In this document: piece after piece, positions 39,276-49,932 of the stretch | Position numbering within the stretch: the first letter of the stretch is position 1 | Layout: every line of letters starts with the position of its first letter | Origin: an uncultured delta proteobacterium | GTDB taxonomy: Bacteria; Desulfobacterota; RBG-13-43-22 | DNA: 64,000 bases | Direction of reading: 5' to 3' | Assembly (NCBI GenBank): GCA_963711835.1 | Contig: CAVQFQ010000004.1 | Span: 431,607 to 495,606 of the forward strand | Program-made: the position numbers and the translations under genes | The notes under the pieces: model-generated | Seen by the model: only the letters and a program-made list of their open reading frames with translations | What the model was told of the DNA's origin: nothing | The model's database searches: none

Positions 39276-41087
39276 TTACTCTTTGTACATGGATTCGATC
39301 AGGTCTTTATACTGGGCGTTGATGGCCTTCCGCTTGACCTTCATGGTCGGGGTCACTTCGCCGTCTTCAGTATAAAGTTTTTTGTCCAGGATGCGGAACT
39401 TGCGGATATTCTCCACCCGGGCGACTTGTTTGTTGACCTTGTTGATCTCCTGCTGAATCAACTCCATCACCTCCGGGGCCTTGGTTAACGTGGCAAAGGT
39501 GGTGAACTGGACCTTCTGGTCCTGGGCGAACTTGACCACGTTTTCTTCATCGATCACGATCAGGGCGGATAAAAACTTGCGGCGGTCCCCGATGACCACG
39601 GCGTCGTTGATATAGGGCGAAAATTTGAGCAGGTTCTCGATAAATTGGGGAGCGACATTCTTCCCGCCGGCGGTAATAATCAGGTCTTTCTTGCGGTCGG
39701 TGATCTTCAAGTAACCTTCGGCATCGATCTCCCCCACATCTCCGGTCTGCAGCCAGCCGTCTTCGGAGAGGGCCTCCCGGGTATGCTCTTCATCCCGGTA
39801 ATACCCCTTAAAAATCCCCTTATGACGAACCAGGATCTCCCCGTCCTCAGCGATCCGGACTTCGGTGCCCGGCAAGGCCCGACCGACCGTACCCAGCTTG
39901 AAATGATGCTCATCGGACATATGGGTCACACCGGTGGTTTCCGTCATTCCATAGCCTTCCCGGATGGGAATGCCGATGCTTTGAAAAAATTTGAGGATAT
40001 TGTGCGAAATGGGGGCGGCCCCTGAGAATCCGATCCGGACCCGGTCAAAGCCGAGCCTTTTTTTCAGCTTTCGAAATACGATAAAATGCGCCAGAAAATA
40101 GGTCAGCGCCAACCAAGAGGAAACGGCCTGCCCGGCTAATTTGGCCTCGTTGTAACGGGTGCCTATTTTTAATGCCTGCTGAAAGGCCAACTTCTTGAAT
40201 AAGGTGGCATCCTTCATTCTTAGAACTATACCGGAATAGTACTTCTCCCAAATTCGGGGAACGGCATGAAAAAGGGTCGGTGAGACATCCCGCATATCGG
40301 ACATGACCGTATCCGTATTTTCCGTGAAATTGACGATATGCCCCACCGTCATATGAATCATTAAATCATAGATCTGTTCATAAACGTGGTTTAAGGGCAG
40401 GAAAGAAATGCTCTCGTCGTCCCGGGTGCCCTGGGAAATGGAATTGGCTTTTTCGCCGATCCAGAGGTAGCCTTCGTGGGTCAGCATCGCCCCTTTGGGA
40501 GGACCGGTGGTCCCGGAAGTATAGACGATGCCGGCTACATCCTCTCCTTTTCCAGGTGCAACCAATTGCTCAAAAAGTCCCGGATGTTCCTGTTCCTCCT
40601 TTTTGCCCAAGGCGAGCAACTGGTCGAAACTCATGAACATGGGATCTTTAAAATGTTTGAGGCCCTCCATCTCCCAAACGATCAATTTTCGCAAGAGGGG
40701 GGTCCGCTCCCGGAAAGTCAAAGCCTTATCCAACTGCTCTTCGTCTTCACAGATGTAGACCACAGATTCGGAATGGCCGACCACATACTCGCATTCCGCG
40801 GTCGGGTTGGTGGTGTAAACCCCGACGAAGGTTCCCCCGCAGGCCATGACGCCTAAGGCCGAATACAGCCATTCGGGCCGGTTTTCCCCGATGATGGCCA
40901 CGTGATCCCCAGGGTTCACCCCCAGGGACTTAAGCCCCAGGGCCACATATTTGACATTTTCCAGATATTCCACCCAGGTGATGTCTCTCCAAAGCCCCAG
41001 GTGCTTTTCACGAAGGGCAACCCGAGTGGGCTGTTTTTGAACCATTTGGATTAAGGCTTTGGGTAGCGTATCAACACCATTCATCAC
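39276..41087 (-). CDS. Long-chain acyl-CoA synthetase (AMP-binding)
   Basis: YTSGTTGPPKG, EGYGMTE, WLQTGDVG, ITDRKKD and TPTMKVKR. Confidence 0.93.
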   Translation of the reverse strand: MMNGVDTLPKALIQMVQKQPTRVALREKHLGLWRDITWVEYLENVKYVALGLKSLGVNPGDHVAIIGENRPEWLYSALGVMACGGTFVGVYTTNPTAECEYVVGHSESVVYICEDEEQLDKALTFRERTPLLRKLIVWEMEGLKHFKDPMFMSFDQLLALGKKEEQEHPGLFEQLVAPGKGEDVAGIVYTSGTTGPPKGAMLTHEGYLWIGEKANSISQGTRDDESISFLPLNHVYEQIYDLMIHMTVGHIVNFTENTDTVMSDMRDVSPTLFHAVPRIWEKYYSGIVLRMKDATLFKKLAFQQALKIGTRYNEAKLAGQAVSSWLALTYFLAHFIVFRKLKKRLGFDRVRIGFSGAAPISHNILKFFQSIGIPIREGYGMTETTGVTHMSDEHHFKLGTVGRALPGTEVRIAEDGEILVRHKGIFKGYYRDEEHTREALSEDGWLQTGDVGEIDAEGYLKITDRKKDLIITAGGKNVAPQFIENLLKFSPYINDAVVIGDRRKFLSALIVIDEENVVKFAQDQKVQFTTFATLTKAPEVMELIQQEINKVNKQVARVENIRKFRILDKKLYTEDGEVTPTMKVKRKAINAQYKDLIESMYKE

Positions 41088-41138
41088 ATAGGTTTCATTC
41101 TCTAAGCTTCCATAAGGGATTCGAAATTTTGTTTCTTT

Positions 41139-41921
41139 TTACCTGAATCTTACTTTCCGCCGATAGCGCTTATACCCCTTGACTGATTTCTCCTTGGCGA
41201 TTCCGAGATAAAATTCCTTGACGTCCTCGTCTTCCTTTAAAGCTGCGGGTTTATCCGCCCGGACAATCCGACCATTTTCCATCAAATAAGCGAAGTGGGA
41301 ATAATGGAGGGCCATATTGACGTTCTGCTCCACCAGGAAAATGGTTACCTTTTCCTTCTCGTTTATATCTTTAATGATGTTGAATATATCACGGGTCAAG
41401 AGGGGCGACATCCCGAGAGAGGGTTCATCCAACATTAACAGTTTGGGGCGGCTCATCAAGGCCCTTCCAATGGCCAGCATCTGTTGCTCCCCGCCGCTTA
41501 GGTAACCCGCTTCCTGGTCCTTTCTTTCCCTCAAAATCGGGAAGAACTGCATGATTCGTTCAATATCCTCCCGGACCTGTTTTTTATCCTTGCGGACATA
41601 GGCCCCCATTTGGATGTTTTCCATAACCGAAAGTTCCGGAAAGACCTCGCGGCCTTCCGGCACATAGCTGATACCCATTTTGACGATCTGATCCGTGTCC
41701 AGACGATCGATGCGAACGCCCAGGAACTCAATCGTTCCCTTTTCCGGCTGTTCCTTTTTCTGATCGTAGAGCAGCCGCATGATCGTTTTCAGGGTCGTCG
41801 TCTTGCCGGCCCCGTTTGATCCCAGCAGGGCCACCACCTGGCCTTCTTCAATTTCAAACGAGATCCCGTGCAGGGCCCGGATCAGATCGTACCAGGTCTC
41901 TATGTTTTTAACCTGAAGCAT
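41139..41921 (-). CDS. Liv-type ABC transporter ATP-binding protein (LivF-like)
   Basis: GSNGAGKTT, LSGGEQQM and DEPSLG. Confidence 0.93.
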   Translation of the reverse strand: MLQVKNIETWYDLIRALHGISFEIEEGQVVALLGSNGAGKTTTLKTIMRLLYDQKKEQPEKGTIEFLGVRIDRLDTDQIVKMGISYVPEGREVFPELSVMENIQMGAYVRKDKKQVREDIERIMQFFPILRERKDQEAGYLSGGEQQMLAIGRALMSRPKLLMLDEPSLGMSPLLTRDIFNIIKDINEKEKVTIFLVEQNVNMALHYSHFAYLMENGRIVRADKPAALKEDEDVKEFYLGIAKEKSVKGYKRYRRKVRFR

Positions 41922-42694
41922 TATATTCCCTCCCCCAGATAGGCCTTAACGACTTCGGGATGATTCTGGACCTCTTGGGGTGTTCCTTCCGTTATCTGGA
42001 TCCCATGGTTGATGGCCAGGATTCGGTCCGAGATACCCATGACCATGTTCATATCATGTTCAATCAGCAGGACGGTTACTTTATAATCTTCTCGAATATC
42101 CCGGACCCAGATGCCGAGATCTTCCTTCTCTTCGGTGTTCATGCCGGCTGACGGCTCATCCAGACAGAGGACTTTCGGCTCCAGGGCCAGGGCCCGCCCC
42201 AGTTCCACTAACTTGCGTTTTCCATAGGGCAGATTGCCGACAAACTGGTCCCGCACCGATTGCAGGTCTAAAAAGTCAATGATATTTTCCACGATTTCGC
42301 GATGCTTGATTTCTTCGCGGGCCGCCGGGGATCTCTTGCCCCACATGAAGGCGCCGGAAAAGATGCCGGTTTTCATATGGATATGCCGGCCCAGCATCAG
42401 ATTGTCCATAACGGTGGCCTTGGAAAAAAGTTCGATATTTTGAAAAGTGCGGGCAATGCCCCTACGGGCGATCCGATCCGGGGTCAGGCCTACCAGATTT
42501 TCCCCGTCCAGGACAACCCGGCCCTCATCGGGTTTATAAATACCGCTTATCAAGTTATAAATGGTGGTCTTGCCGGAACCGTTGGGACCGATGATGGAAA
42601 AGATGGAATTTTTCTCTACGTTGAAACTGACGTTATTGACGGCGGTTAAACCGCCGAAGCGGATGGTCAGGTTTTCGACACCAAAATGAGTCAT
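41921..42694 (-). CDS. Liv-type ABC transporter ATP-binding protein (LivG-like)
   Basis: FGGLTAV, GPNGSGKTT, RTFQNIELF, LPYG, DEPSAG and AYLG. Confidence 0.93.
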   Translation of the reverse strand: MTHFGVENLTIRFGGLTAVNNVSFNVEKNSIFSIIGPNGSGKTTIYNLISGIYKPDEGRVVLDGENLVGLTPDRIARRGIARTFQNIELFSKATVMDNLMLGRHIHMKTGIFSGAFMWGKRSPAAREEIKHREIVENIIDFLDLQSVRDQFVGNLPYGKRKLVELGRALALEPKVLCLDEPSAGMNTEEKEDLGIWVRDIREDYKVTVLLIEHDMNMVMGISDRILAINHGIQITEGTPQEVQNHPEVVKAYLGEGI

Positions 42695-42707
42695 AATTCG
42701 TTCTCAC

Positions 42708-42790
42708 TCAGGAATTCAGGAGGTCAGGAGCCAGTATCCAGAATAAAAATCTTTCTGAATTCTGACTCCTGAATGCTCAGTTCTGTTCCT
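42708..42790. repeat. Inverted 7-mer repeat hairpin inside the ABC operon
   Basis: TCAGGAA-TTCAGGAGG-TCAGGAG-CCAGTAT-CCAGAAT ... TTCTGAA-TTCTGAC-TCCTGAA. Confidence 0.65.
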
Positions 42791-43981
42791 ATTTGTTTTT
42801 CCAGATGGCCATTTCGTTCGCTTCCCAACTTTGCAGCGTAATATAAGAAGCATTGGGACCGCATTTTTGGATCATGACAGAGTCGGTTCCCTGGTGTTCC
42901 TTTTCCGTCCAGGTAATCTTGGGACCGATCCCCTGGAAGTCCTTCATGGAATTCAAGGCCTTCAGGGTGGCTTCGGTGCTCAGGTTTTTGCCGACCCTTT
43001 TTAAGGCCTCCACAAGGGGCTCGGCAAACATAATCCCGGCATAATAGAAGGTACCCCATCTTTCATCAGGAGTGTACTTCTTGGCCGCCTCACGGTATTT
43101 AACCATCAAGGGGTTCTTGGAATCCGGGGTCTCGCCAAAGGCCCCGGTGATGACGCCTTCCCACAACCCGCCGGAGATTTTATTCATAAAGGGATAGTCC
43201 GACAAGGTATTGGAAGAGACCCACTGGGGTTTGAAACCAACAGAGGCCGCTGTTTTCAAGGTAACTGCCGCCAGGGTCGGGTTGGACCACATAAAGACCA
43301 CCTCGGCCCCGGAGTTCTTAAGTTTCAGAACCTGGGAGGAAAGGTCCTTTTCCATCGGTTCTAAGGGTATCTCTGCAACCAAATCCATCTTATATTTCGC
43401 CAGTCTTCGTTTGCAGCCATCGAGGCCGTTTTTCCCGTAGGTATCATTTTGATACAGGAAGCCGATTTTCTTGGCCTTCATTTTTTCCACCATATACTTG
43501 GTCAGGATGCTGACCTCGTCGTCATAGAGCGGATAGAGGGCAAAAAGATACGGGTCATTGGGCTCCACGTATTCTTTGATCGCGGTGGCCGGGCCGACCC
43601 AGATAATCTTATTTTGGCTCAGATAATCTTTTACCGCCATACCGCAGGCCGCACCTACTCCGCCCACAAAGGCAAAGATGCCGTTTCTTTCCACCAGCTC
43701 TTTGACCACGGTTTTGGTCTGGGCCGGGTTATACATATCGTCCCGGAGAAAATATTTGATTTTCCGGCCGTGAATGCCTCCTTCGTCATTGACGATGGTA
43801 AACAGCAGGCCGCTGCCGCGGGCCACGGAACCCCAGGGGGCCGCCGGGCCGGTCTGAGGCCCCCACTGGCCGATGCGGATTTCCTTGTCGTCAAATCCCG
43901 GAGGATTGGCGAAACTTAAGGGCGCCAGAACCACCAGCGACGGTCAGAGACAGCATTAGCATAAACAACAATTTTCTTCAT
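42789..43981 (-). CDS. ABC transporter substrate-binding protein (LivJ/PBP1 type); frameshift in the signal peptide
   Basis: GPQTGPAA, NDEGGIHGRKI, DDMYNP and YQNDTYG; GAGGAGG SD and ATG at 43981 out of frame with the 43934 ORF. Confidence 0.85.
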
Positions 43982-44117
43982 AATCGTTTTCCTCCTCAAA
44001 TATTTAATTTTGTGAATTAAAAAAACGGATCGCTGCCCTCGGCCAAAGGAGCCATGAGGACTGAGTCTTCAAGGTGCATTGACCTTTTCCCAAGATCACC
44101 CGACCTCCCGAGACAGT

Positions 44118-44594
44118 CTATAATTTGTACCATCTTCCCCCCTCTTTCACGAAAGGGAAGTCATAGTTCACCAGAGACTGTTGTTCGCTATCCCGATAGC
44201 GGATGATCACGTCCACTTCCACCCGGGCGAAGCCCTCCAGGTTCGGATATTTTTCTTTTCCCGGGTTTTCCGGGGTTATTCGGATAGTAAGGATCTTATA
44301 GGAAGCAATTCGTACTGGAGAAGATTGGGCCTCGGCCCGATAGGCCTCAAAATTGTTGGCCTTGCAATATTCAGAGGCCGGATAGAGGCTTCCATAAACT
44401 TCCTTGAAATCCCTTCTCACTTCAGCGTCCAGGTAGCGCTTGGCCGCCTTCTCAACTTCTCTTTGCTTATCGTTGAGTGTTTCCGTGTTCCCAGACCAGG
44501 CGAAGGGCGTGTAAAAAAGAGTAAGAAGGAATCCCAAAAAAAGAATTCCCTTGAACCCTTGAACCCTCGACCCCTTGAACCCTTCTAATGCCAA
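44118..44594 (-). CDS. Exported hypothetical protein inserted in the ABC operon
   Basis: Hydrophobic signal (ILFLGFLLTLFYTPFAWS) and C-terminal FVKEGGRWY (NTF2-like pattern); 5' part built from 8-mer repeats. Confidence 0.6.
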   Translation of the reverse strand: MALEGFKGSRVQGFKGILFLGFLLTLFYTPFAWSGNTETLNDKQREVEKAAKRYLDAEVRRDFKEVYGSLYPASEYCKANNFEAYRAEAQSSPVRIASYKILTIRITPENPGKEKYPNLEGFARVEVDVIIRYRDSEQQSLVNYDFPFVKEGGRWYKL

Positions 44595-44598
44595 GACG

Positions 44599-45471
44599 TC
44601 ACACTTTCTTTACGTAATGTTTGACGAACAGCCCGCTGGGCCTGACACACAGGACCAGGACGATGACGACAAAGGCCACGATGGGCTTCCACTCCGGCCA
44701 GACATACCCGAATAAATTCTCAATCAACCCCAGCAGTTCCCCGCCGATGACAATTCCCGGAATGCTCATCAATCCTCCGAGTACCGCCGCGGCAAAGGCC
44801 CTCATGAAGGGCTCCATCATGTAGGCCGGATCCAGGGTGGCCCGGCCGGCAAAAAACATGGCCGCCGTCGCCCCGATAAAGGAACTGAATCCCCAGGCCA
44901 GGGAAAAGACCCGCTCCGTTCTAACCCCCATGATTTTAGCCGCGTGCTGATTCTGCTGGGTGGCCCGCATGGCCACGCCCAATTTGGTATATCTGAAAAA
45001 AAGAAACAACAGGATCATAAGAACACCGGCGGCAATGAATACGGCAATGGACCAGTCGTTGATTATAAGCCCCTTGATAGGTTCGTAGGTCTTCAGGACG
45101 GAAAAAGGCAAGACGAATTCCTTTTGCTCCGATCCCCATTTCCAACTGGCCAGACCCATGAGCAGCATTTCCACTCCCAGGGTTATGACAATCAAACCCA
45201 GGAGGTTGGGATTTTTGGCCGGACGCAGAAAAATGAACTCGATAACCATGCCCAGAAGGATGGCGAAAATCATGGTCATCAGGTAGGCCAGCCAAAAGGG
45301 AACCTGATACATGGTTAACAAGTGGTAGGTTACATAGGTGGAAAACATGGCCATTTCCCCCTGGCCGAAATTGACCACCTCGGAGGTCTTATAAATAATG
45401 ACCACCGCAATTCCAAACAAGCCGTAACAGGCCCCTATGGCCAAACCTTCAATTATCAATTGTCCAATCAT
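44599..45471 (-). CDS. Liv-type ABC permease (LivH-like)
   Basis: VVNFGQGE, TKLGVAMRA, AAVLGGL and RPSGLF. Confidence 0.93.
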   Translation of the reverse strand: MIGQLIIEGLAIGACYGLFGIAVVIIYKTSEVVNFGQGEMAMFSTYVTYHLLTMYQVPFWLAYLMTMIFAILLGMVIEFIFLRPAKNPNLLGLIVITLGVEMLLMGLASWKWGSEQKEFVLPFSVLKTYEPIKGLIINDWSIAVFIAAGVLMILLFLFFRYTKLGVAMRATQQNQHAAKIMGVRTERVFSLAWGFSSFIGATAAMFFAGRATLDPAYMMEPFMRAFAAAVLGGLMSIPGIVIGGELLGLIENLFGYVWPEWKPIVAFVVIVLVLCVRPSGLFVKHYVKKV

Positions 45472-45487
45472 TGCTTTTTCTTCGTCC

Positions 45488-45655
45488 CTTTAGTCTATTT
45501 AGTCTATTTAGTCTATTCTGGTCTATTCGGTCTGGTTTACGTCTTTGATCTGTCGCTTTTGTCGGTCTTTTACGTCCTGAACGCCGAACGCCGAACTCCT
45601 ACGCCATACGCTCCTACGCCTCTCGCCGAACTCTGAACTCCGCACGCCGTACGCT
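45488..45655. repeat. Intra-operon tandem-repeat patch (9-mers then 7-mers)
   Basis: TAGTCTATT x3, then degenerate 9-mers, then ACGCCGA-ACGCCGA-ACTCCTA-CGCCATA-CGCTCCTA-CGCCTC... 7-mers. Confidence 0.75.
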
Positions 45656-45658
45656 TCT

Positions 45659-46730
45659 TTAAAAAGGCCAGGCTTTCCAGTACTTCTTAAGCCGTATCCA
45701 GATTCCGAAAATCCCTAAAGGTTCAAAAATAATGATGGCAAGCATGATCAGGCCCAGGATGATGCTGTTGAAATTTTCCAGGCCGATGACGGTGAACCAC
45801 TTTCTCGAAACGGCAACCAGCAGGTCGCCTATAATAGGCTTTTCAGCTATGTTCTTTAAGAGGTTGTACTGCAGATAGGTGATCAGTACGGCCCCGCAGA
45901 TGGAGCCCATAATCGATCCCAAGCCTCCTACAACCACCATGACCAGGAAAATGATGGACAGGATCAAGGTGAAGGTGAAGGGATCAAAGAAACCCAAGAC
46001 AAAACCGAAGAGACCCCCGGCAATGCCGGTGTAGAAGGCGCTGACCATGAAGGAAAGGGTCTTATAGAAGGTCAGGTTGATGCCGATTACTTCGGCGGCG
46101 ATATCGCTGTCCCGGATGGCCACAAAAGATCTGCCCACCCGGGTTTTCATCAGATTCCGGGCCGATATGACCATAAAAATGGTAATGATCAGAATCAAAT
46201 AGTACTTGCTGAGATCCGTTTCCAGGATCCAGTGGCCACCCGAACTGCGGGATGCCCAAATCCAGTGGCGGGGCATGAATACCCATCCGTCCCCCAAAGA
46301 CCTCCCAGCGGCCGATGACATGCATGATGGTCAAACCGAAGCCCATGGAGGCGATGGCCAGGTAAGGTCCTTCCAGGCGCAAGGCCGGCAGGCCGAGAAT
46401 AAAGCCGAAAAAGGCCGCAATAAAGCCGGCCAGAGGCAGGGCCAGAAAAAAAGGGATTTGCAGCTTGGCCATTAACAGGGCTGTCGCATAGGCGCCGATG
46501 GCAAAAAAACCGGCGTGTCCTAATGAGATCTGACCGGTATAGCCCATGAGGATGTTGAGCCCTACGGCCATGATGACATGGACCAGAATGATATTGAACA
46601 GAAAAACATAATAAGATGGGGCATAAAGGGGAAAGGTTACCAGAAAGGCCAGCAAGGCCATGGCCCAAAAGAAAATCACCCCGCTATCAAACAGTTGAAC
46701 ATCTTCGTAATAATTTCGTTTTCGATCCAT
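45659..46730 (-). CDS. Liv-type ABC permease (LivM-like), frameshifted near 46.2 kb
   Basis: GYTGQISLGH and RLEGPYLAI in one frame; GRSFVAIRDSDIAAEVIGI and VVGGLGS in the next. Confidence 0.88.
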
Positions 46731-46805
46731 ATCGCCTTCTTATCGTGAAATTTTGCACTTATTCGATAGCATTGATTGCCCCATTAGGCAATACTTTTTT
46801 ATCAA

Positions 46806-47195
46806 TTACTTCGAACGGCTTTTTCCTTTTTGGGCCACACGTTCGACCACTTTTTCATAATAGACCTGATTTTCTTCAAAAAGGGGGGAGACTTTGCGCA
46901 TCATGTTGAGCTTCATGATCATGAAATTGAGGCGTTTCATCTGGCGGTACTTCTCGTCCAGGTCCTCTATGCCCTGAATCATTTCCCCCAGGTTATTGAT
47001 CTCCTTTTTCAGCTCCAGTTCCGGGGGGAGGCAGTCGGCATTTTTGAGGATCTTATAGGCCAGCCGCAATTCTTCCGGGATGCCGCTCTCGTCCTCCAGA
47101 CGAAGCGGTTCCCCTTTGCCGGGCAGGTCGTCGAACTCGCCGTTGCGCAGGGCTTCCTGGATCTTTCGTTCGGCGATAAGGTGAGAGAAAAACAT
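46806..47195 (-). CDS. DUF1992 / DnaJ-related domain protein
   Basis: IAERKIQEALRNGEFDDLPGKGEPL and RLAYKILKNADCLPPE. Confidence 0.88.
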   Translation of the reverse strand: MFFSHLIAERKIQEALRNGEFDDLPGKGEPLRLEDESGIPEELRLAYKILKNADCLPPELELKKEINNLGEMIQGIEDLDEKYRQMKRLNFMIMKLNMMRKVSPLFEENQVYYEKVVERVAQKGKSRSK

Positions 47196-47259
47196 AGGCT
47201 GAGCAGATAAGGATTGCGTTTGATCGTAGGCAGAATTATACCAGGCGTAGCTCCTCTAA

Positions 47260-48246
47260 TCAACCTCCGATTTTTATCATCGGCCGCTGGCACTTTCGGG
47301 GAATGGGATCTGAGGAAAAGGCCGGCTGCCTGGGTTTCTGGGCAATGGCTGCCTGAATGGCCTCTTCCAGTTCCGAATCGGAAGCCCCCAGCCGCAGCAG
47401 GAGACGCAAGTCGGTTTCCTTATCGGAAAAGATGCAAACCCGGAGCCGGCCCTCGGCTGTCACCCGGAGACGGTTGCAGGCCGGGCAGAAATGATCGCTG
47501 ATGGGGCTGATCAAGCCGATTTCCCCTTTTGCTCCGGCATAGGCCATCCGCCTGGCCGGCCCGTCCAGACCCGAGCCATTGACGGGATGAAGCGGCCCCA
47601 GGCTTTCAAGACGCTGCTGAATCTCTTCCGCCGAAAGGAACCGTTCTTCTTTCCAGTTATTTTCCGGCCCTATGGGCATGTATTCAATAAAACGGATATG
47701 AAACGGTTCTTCCCGAGAAAGCCGGCCGAAAGAAAGTATTTCATCATCATTGATGCCCCGCATGGCCACGACATTAATTTTAATAGGTTCGAATCCGATT
47801 TCTTTGGCCCGTTCAATGCCCTGCCAGACCCGGTTGAAATCATCAACCCGGGTGATCCGTTCGAATTTTTCCCGGATCAGGGTGTCCAGGCTGATGTTGA
47901 TTCTTCGTATGCCGGCCTCCCACAAGGCCTCGATCCGTTCCGTCAATAAAACGCCGTTGGTGGTCAGACTGATATCCTTAAGACCCGGGATCTGTTTCAG
48001 CAGGGCCATAAAGGGAATCACCCCTTTTCTAACCAGAGGTTCCCCGCCGGTCAGGCGTATCTTTTCAATGCCCATCTTCACACTGAGCCGCGCCAGTCGA
48101 AGCAGTTCCTCATAACTGAGGATTTCATCGTGGCTGAATTTGGGAATTCCTCCCTCGGGCATGCAATATATACAGCGCAGGTTGCAGCGGTCGGTTAGGG
48201 AGAGACGCAGGTAATTGAGGCGGCGGTGGTAAGAATCGAAGAGCAT
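47260..48246 (-). CDS. moaA: GTP 3',8-cyclase MoaA
   Basis: YLRLSLTDRCNLRCIYC, RLTGGEP, RFIEYMP, FCPACNRLR and terminal IGG. Confidence 0.97.
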   Translation of the reverse strand: MLFDSYHRRLNYLRLSLTDRCNLRCIYCMPEGGIPKFSHDEILSYEELLRLARLSVKMGIEKIRLTGGEPLVRKGVIPFMALLKQIPGLKDISLTTNGVLLTERIEALWEAGIRRINISLDTLIREKFERITRVDDFNRVWQGIERAKEIGFEPIKINVVAMRGINDDEILSFGRLSREEPFHIRFIEYMPIGPENNWKEERFLSAEEIQQRLESLGPLHPVNGSGLDGPARRMAYAGAKGEIGLISPISDHFCPACNRLRVTAEGRLRVCIFSDKETDLRLLLRLGASDSELEEAIQAAIAQKPRQPAFSSDPIPRKCQRPMIKIGG

Positions 48247-48266
48247 GCTAAGTCACGTTACCTAAA

Positions 48267-48579
48267 TATTAAAGTTCTCATAGTTGTATTTCCCGGGTGA
48301 GGCTGCATTTTCTTCCGTCTGCGGCTTTCGGGCTGGTCTTTTCTGCAGACTTATCCATGGGAGACCCTTTACCCCCTCCGCATTCTCGCCCGCTAAAAAT
48401 CAGCGGCCGAGCTGCGGTTTCCCCCATGGATAAGTCCGGAAACCGGGTCCCGCCCCGAAGGGGTGGGTGTAAGCGTTGTCTTGGACGCGAACAAAAGACA
48501 GCGCCCTTTCGCCAATGACTCCAGAAAAAACAGCCCCACCTGCCTGGGTAATGTCATTATTATTTTGAGACTGTTAATA
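48267..48579. mobile_element. MITE-like repeat, family A, copy 2 (between divergent moaA and moeA)
   Basis: Colinear with 9510-9780; ends TATTAAAGTTCTCA / TGAGACTGTTAATA; contains a 53-nt insert. Confidence 0.78.
48440..48492. mobile_element. 53-nt mini-insertion element, copy 2 (inside MITE A2)
   Basis: Absent from A1 (empty site GTCCGGAAAAGAC); homologous to the reverse complement of 24153-24205. Confidence 0.7.
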
Positions 48580-48704
48580 AGTGTCCATCCGGACACGGCT
48601 GTTTCCGGATGCGCCCTATTTAGGGGTTGCATATTTATGCCATTTTTAACATAATAACCTCTGACCGCCATGCTGTCAACAGTCCTTACCGATATTGGAT
48701 GATT

Positions 48705-49932
48705 ATGAAGCCTTTTTTTAAGGTCAAGACTTCCGAGGAGATAAAGACCATTATCCGGGCCTTTCCGATCCTGGACCGGGAAACCGTTTCCATAGACGAC
48801 GGCTTGGGCCGGGTTTTAGGGGAGACCATTTTTTCCCCGGAGGACCTGCCCCCTTTCCCCAGGGCCACCATGGATGGTTACGCCCTCCGGGCCCAGGACA
48901 CCTTCGGGGCCTCCGAGTCCATACCGGCTTTGCTGAATCTCAGCGGTGAAATCGCTATGGGCCGGCCGGCCCTCAGCCCGATCCGGCCCGGCCATTGCTA
49001 CCGGATTGCTACCGGCGGCATGCTGCCGCCCGGGGCCGACGCCGTGGCCATGATCGAGCATTCCCAGGGCCTGGATGAAGCAGACCATTGAAATCTTTAA
49101 ACCGGTTTCGCCGCTGGAGCATATGATTCAGGCCGGCGAGGACATCCGGATAGGTCAAACCCTTCTGAATAAAGGCCTCCGTCTCAGACCCCAGGACTTG
49201 GGCCTCCTGGCCGGAGTAGGGATCCGGGCGATTCCGGTCTTTCGCCGCCCTAAGGTGGCCATCATTTCCACCGGAGACGAAATCGTTCCCATTGAAGAAA
49301 AACCCCTCCCCGGCCTCGTTCGGGATATTAATTCCCTTACCCTGAAGACCCTGACCACCCAGTGCCAAGCCATCCCCAAAGGGCTGGGACTGGTCAAAGA
49401 TAGCTTTGAGGAATTAAAAGATCTTTGCCGGGTTGGATTGGAAGGCTGTGATGTCCTTCTGATTTCAGGCGGCAGTTCCGTGGGCAGCCGGGATCATACC
49501 CTGGAGGTAATTACCAGTTTCCCCGAGGCCGAGGTCCTGGCCCACGGAATCTCGATCAGCCCGGGCAAACCGACTATCCTGGCCCGGATTGGGGATCGTA
49601 TCCTCTGGGGCCTGCCCGGCCATACCGTCTCGGCCATGGTTATCTTTTCTCTTTTCGTCAAACCCTGCCTCCAGGTCCTGGAAGGGGAACAGGCCGTTCT
49701 CAATTTACCCGGCCTCACCGCCCGCCTGACCCGGAATGTGGCTTCGGCCCAGGGAAGAGAGGATTATATCCGAGTCGCCCTCCAACAGGTCGATGGGATC
49801 TGGGAAGCCGCTCCGATCCTCGGGAAATCCGGCCTGATCTCCACCATGGTCCGGGCCGATGGTCTGATTCGCATCGATCAGGACTGCGAAGGATTGGAAA
49901 AAGGGGAATGGGTGGAAGTACTGCCCTTCTGA
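48705..49932 (+). CDS. moeA: Molybdopterin molybdotransferase MoeA (frameshift near 49.08 kb)
   Basis: PPFPRATMDGYA, IATGGMLPPGADAV, ISTGDEI, SGGSSVG, PGKP and GLPGH. Confidence 0.9.

Noticed and set aside
48267-48700. Possible Moco/Wco riboswitch between moaA and moeA
   Set aside because: The structured sequence is a copy of MITE family A, also found at 9.5 kb next to unrelated genes; I could not see the Moco motif consensus.
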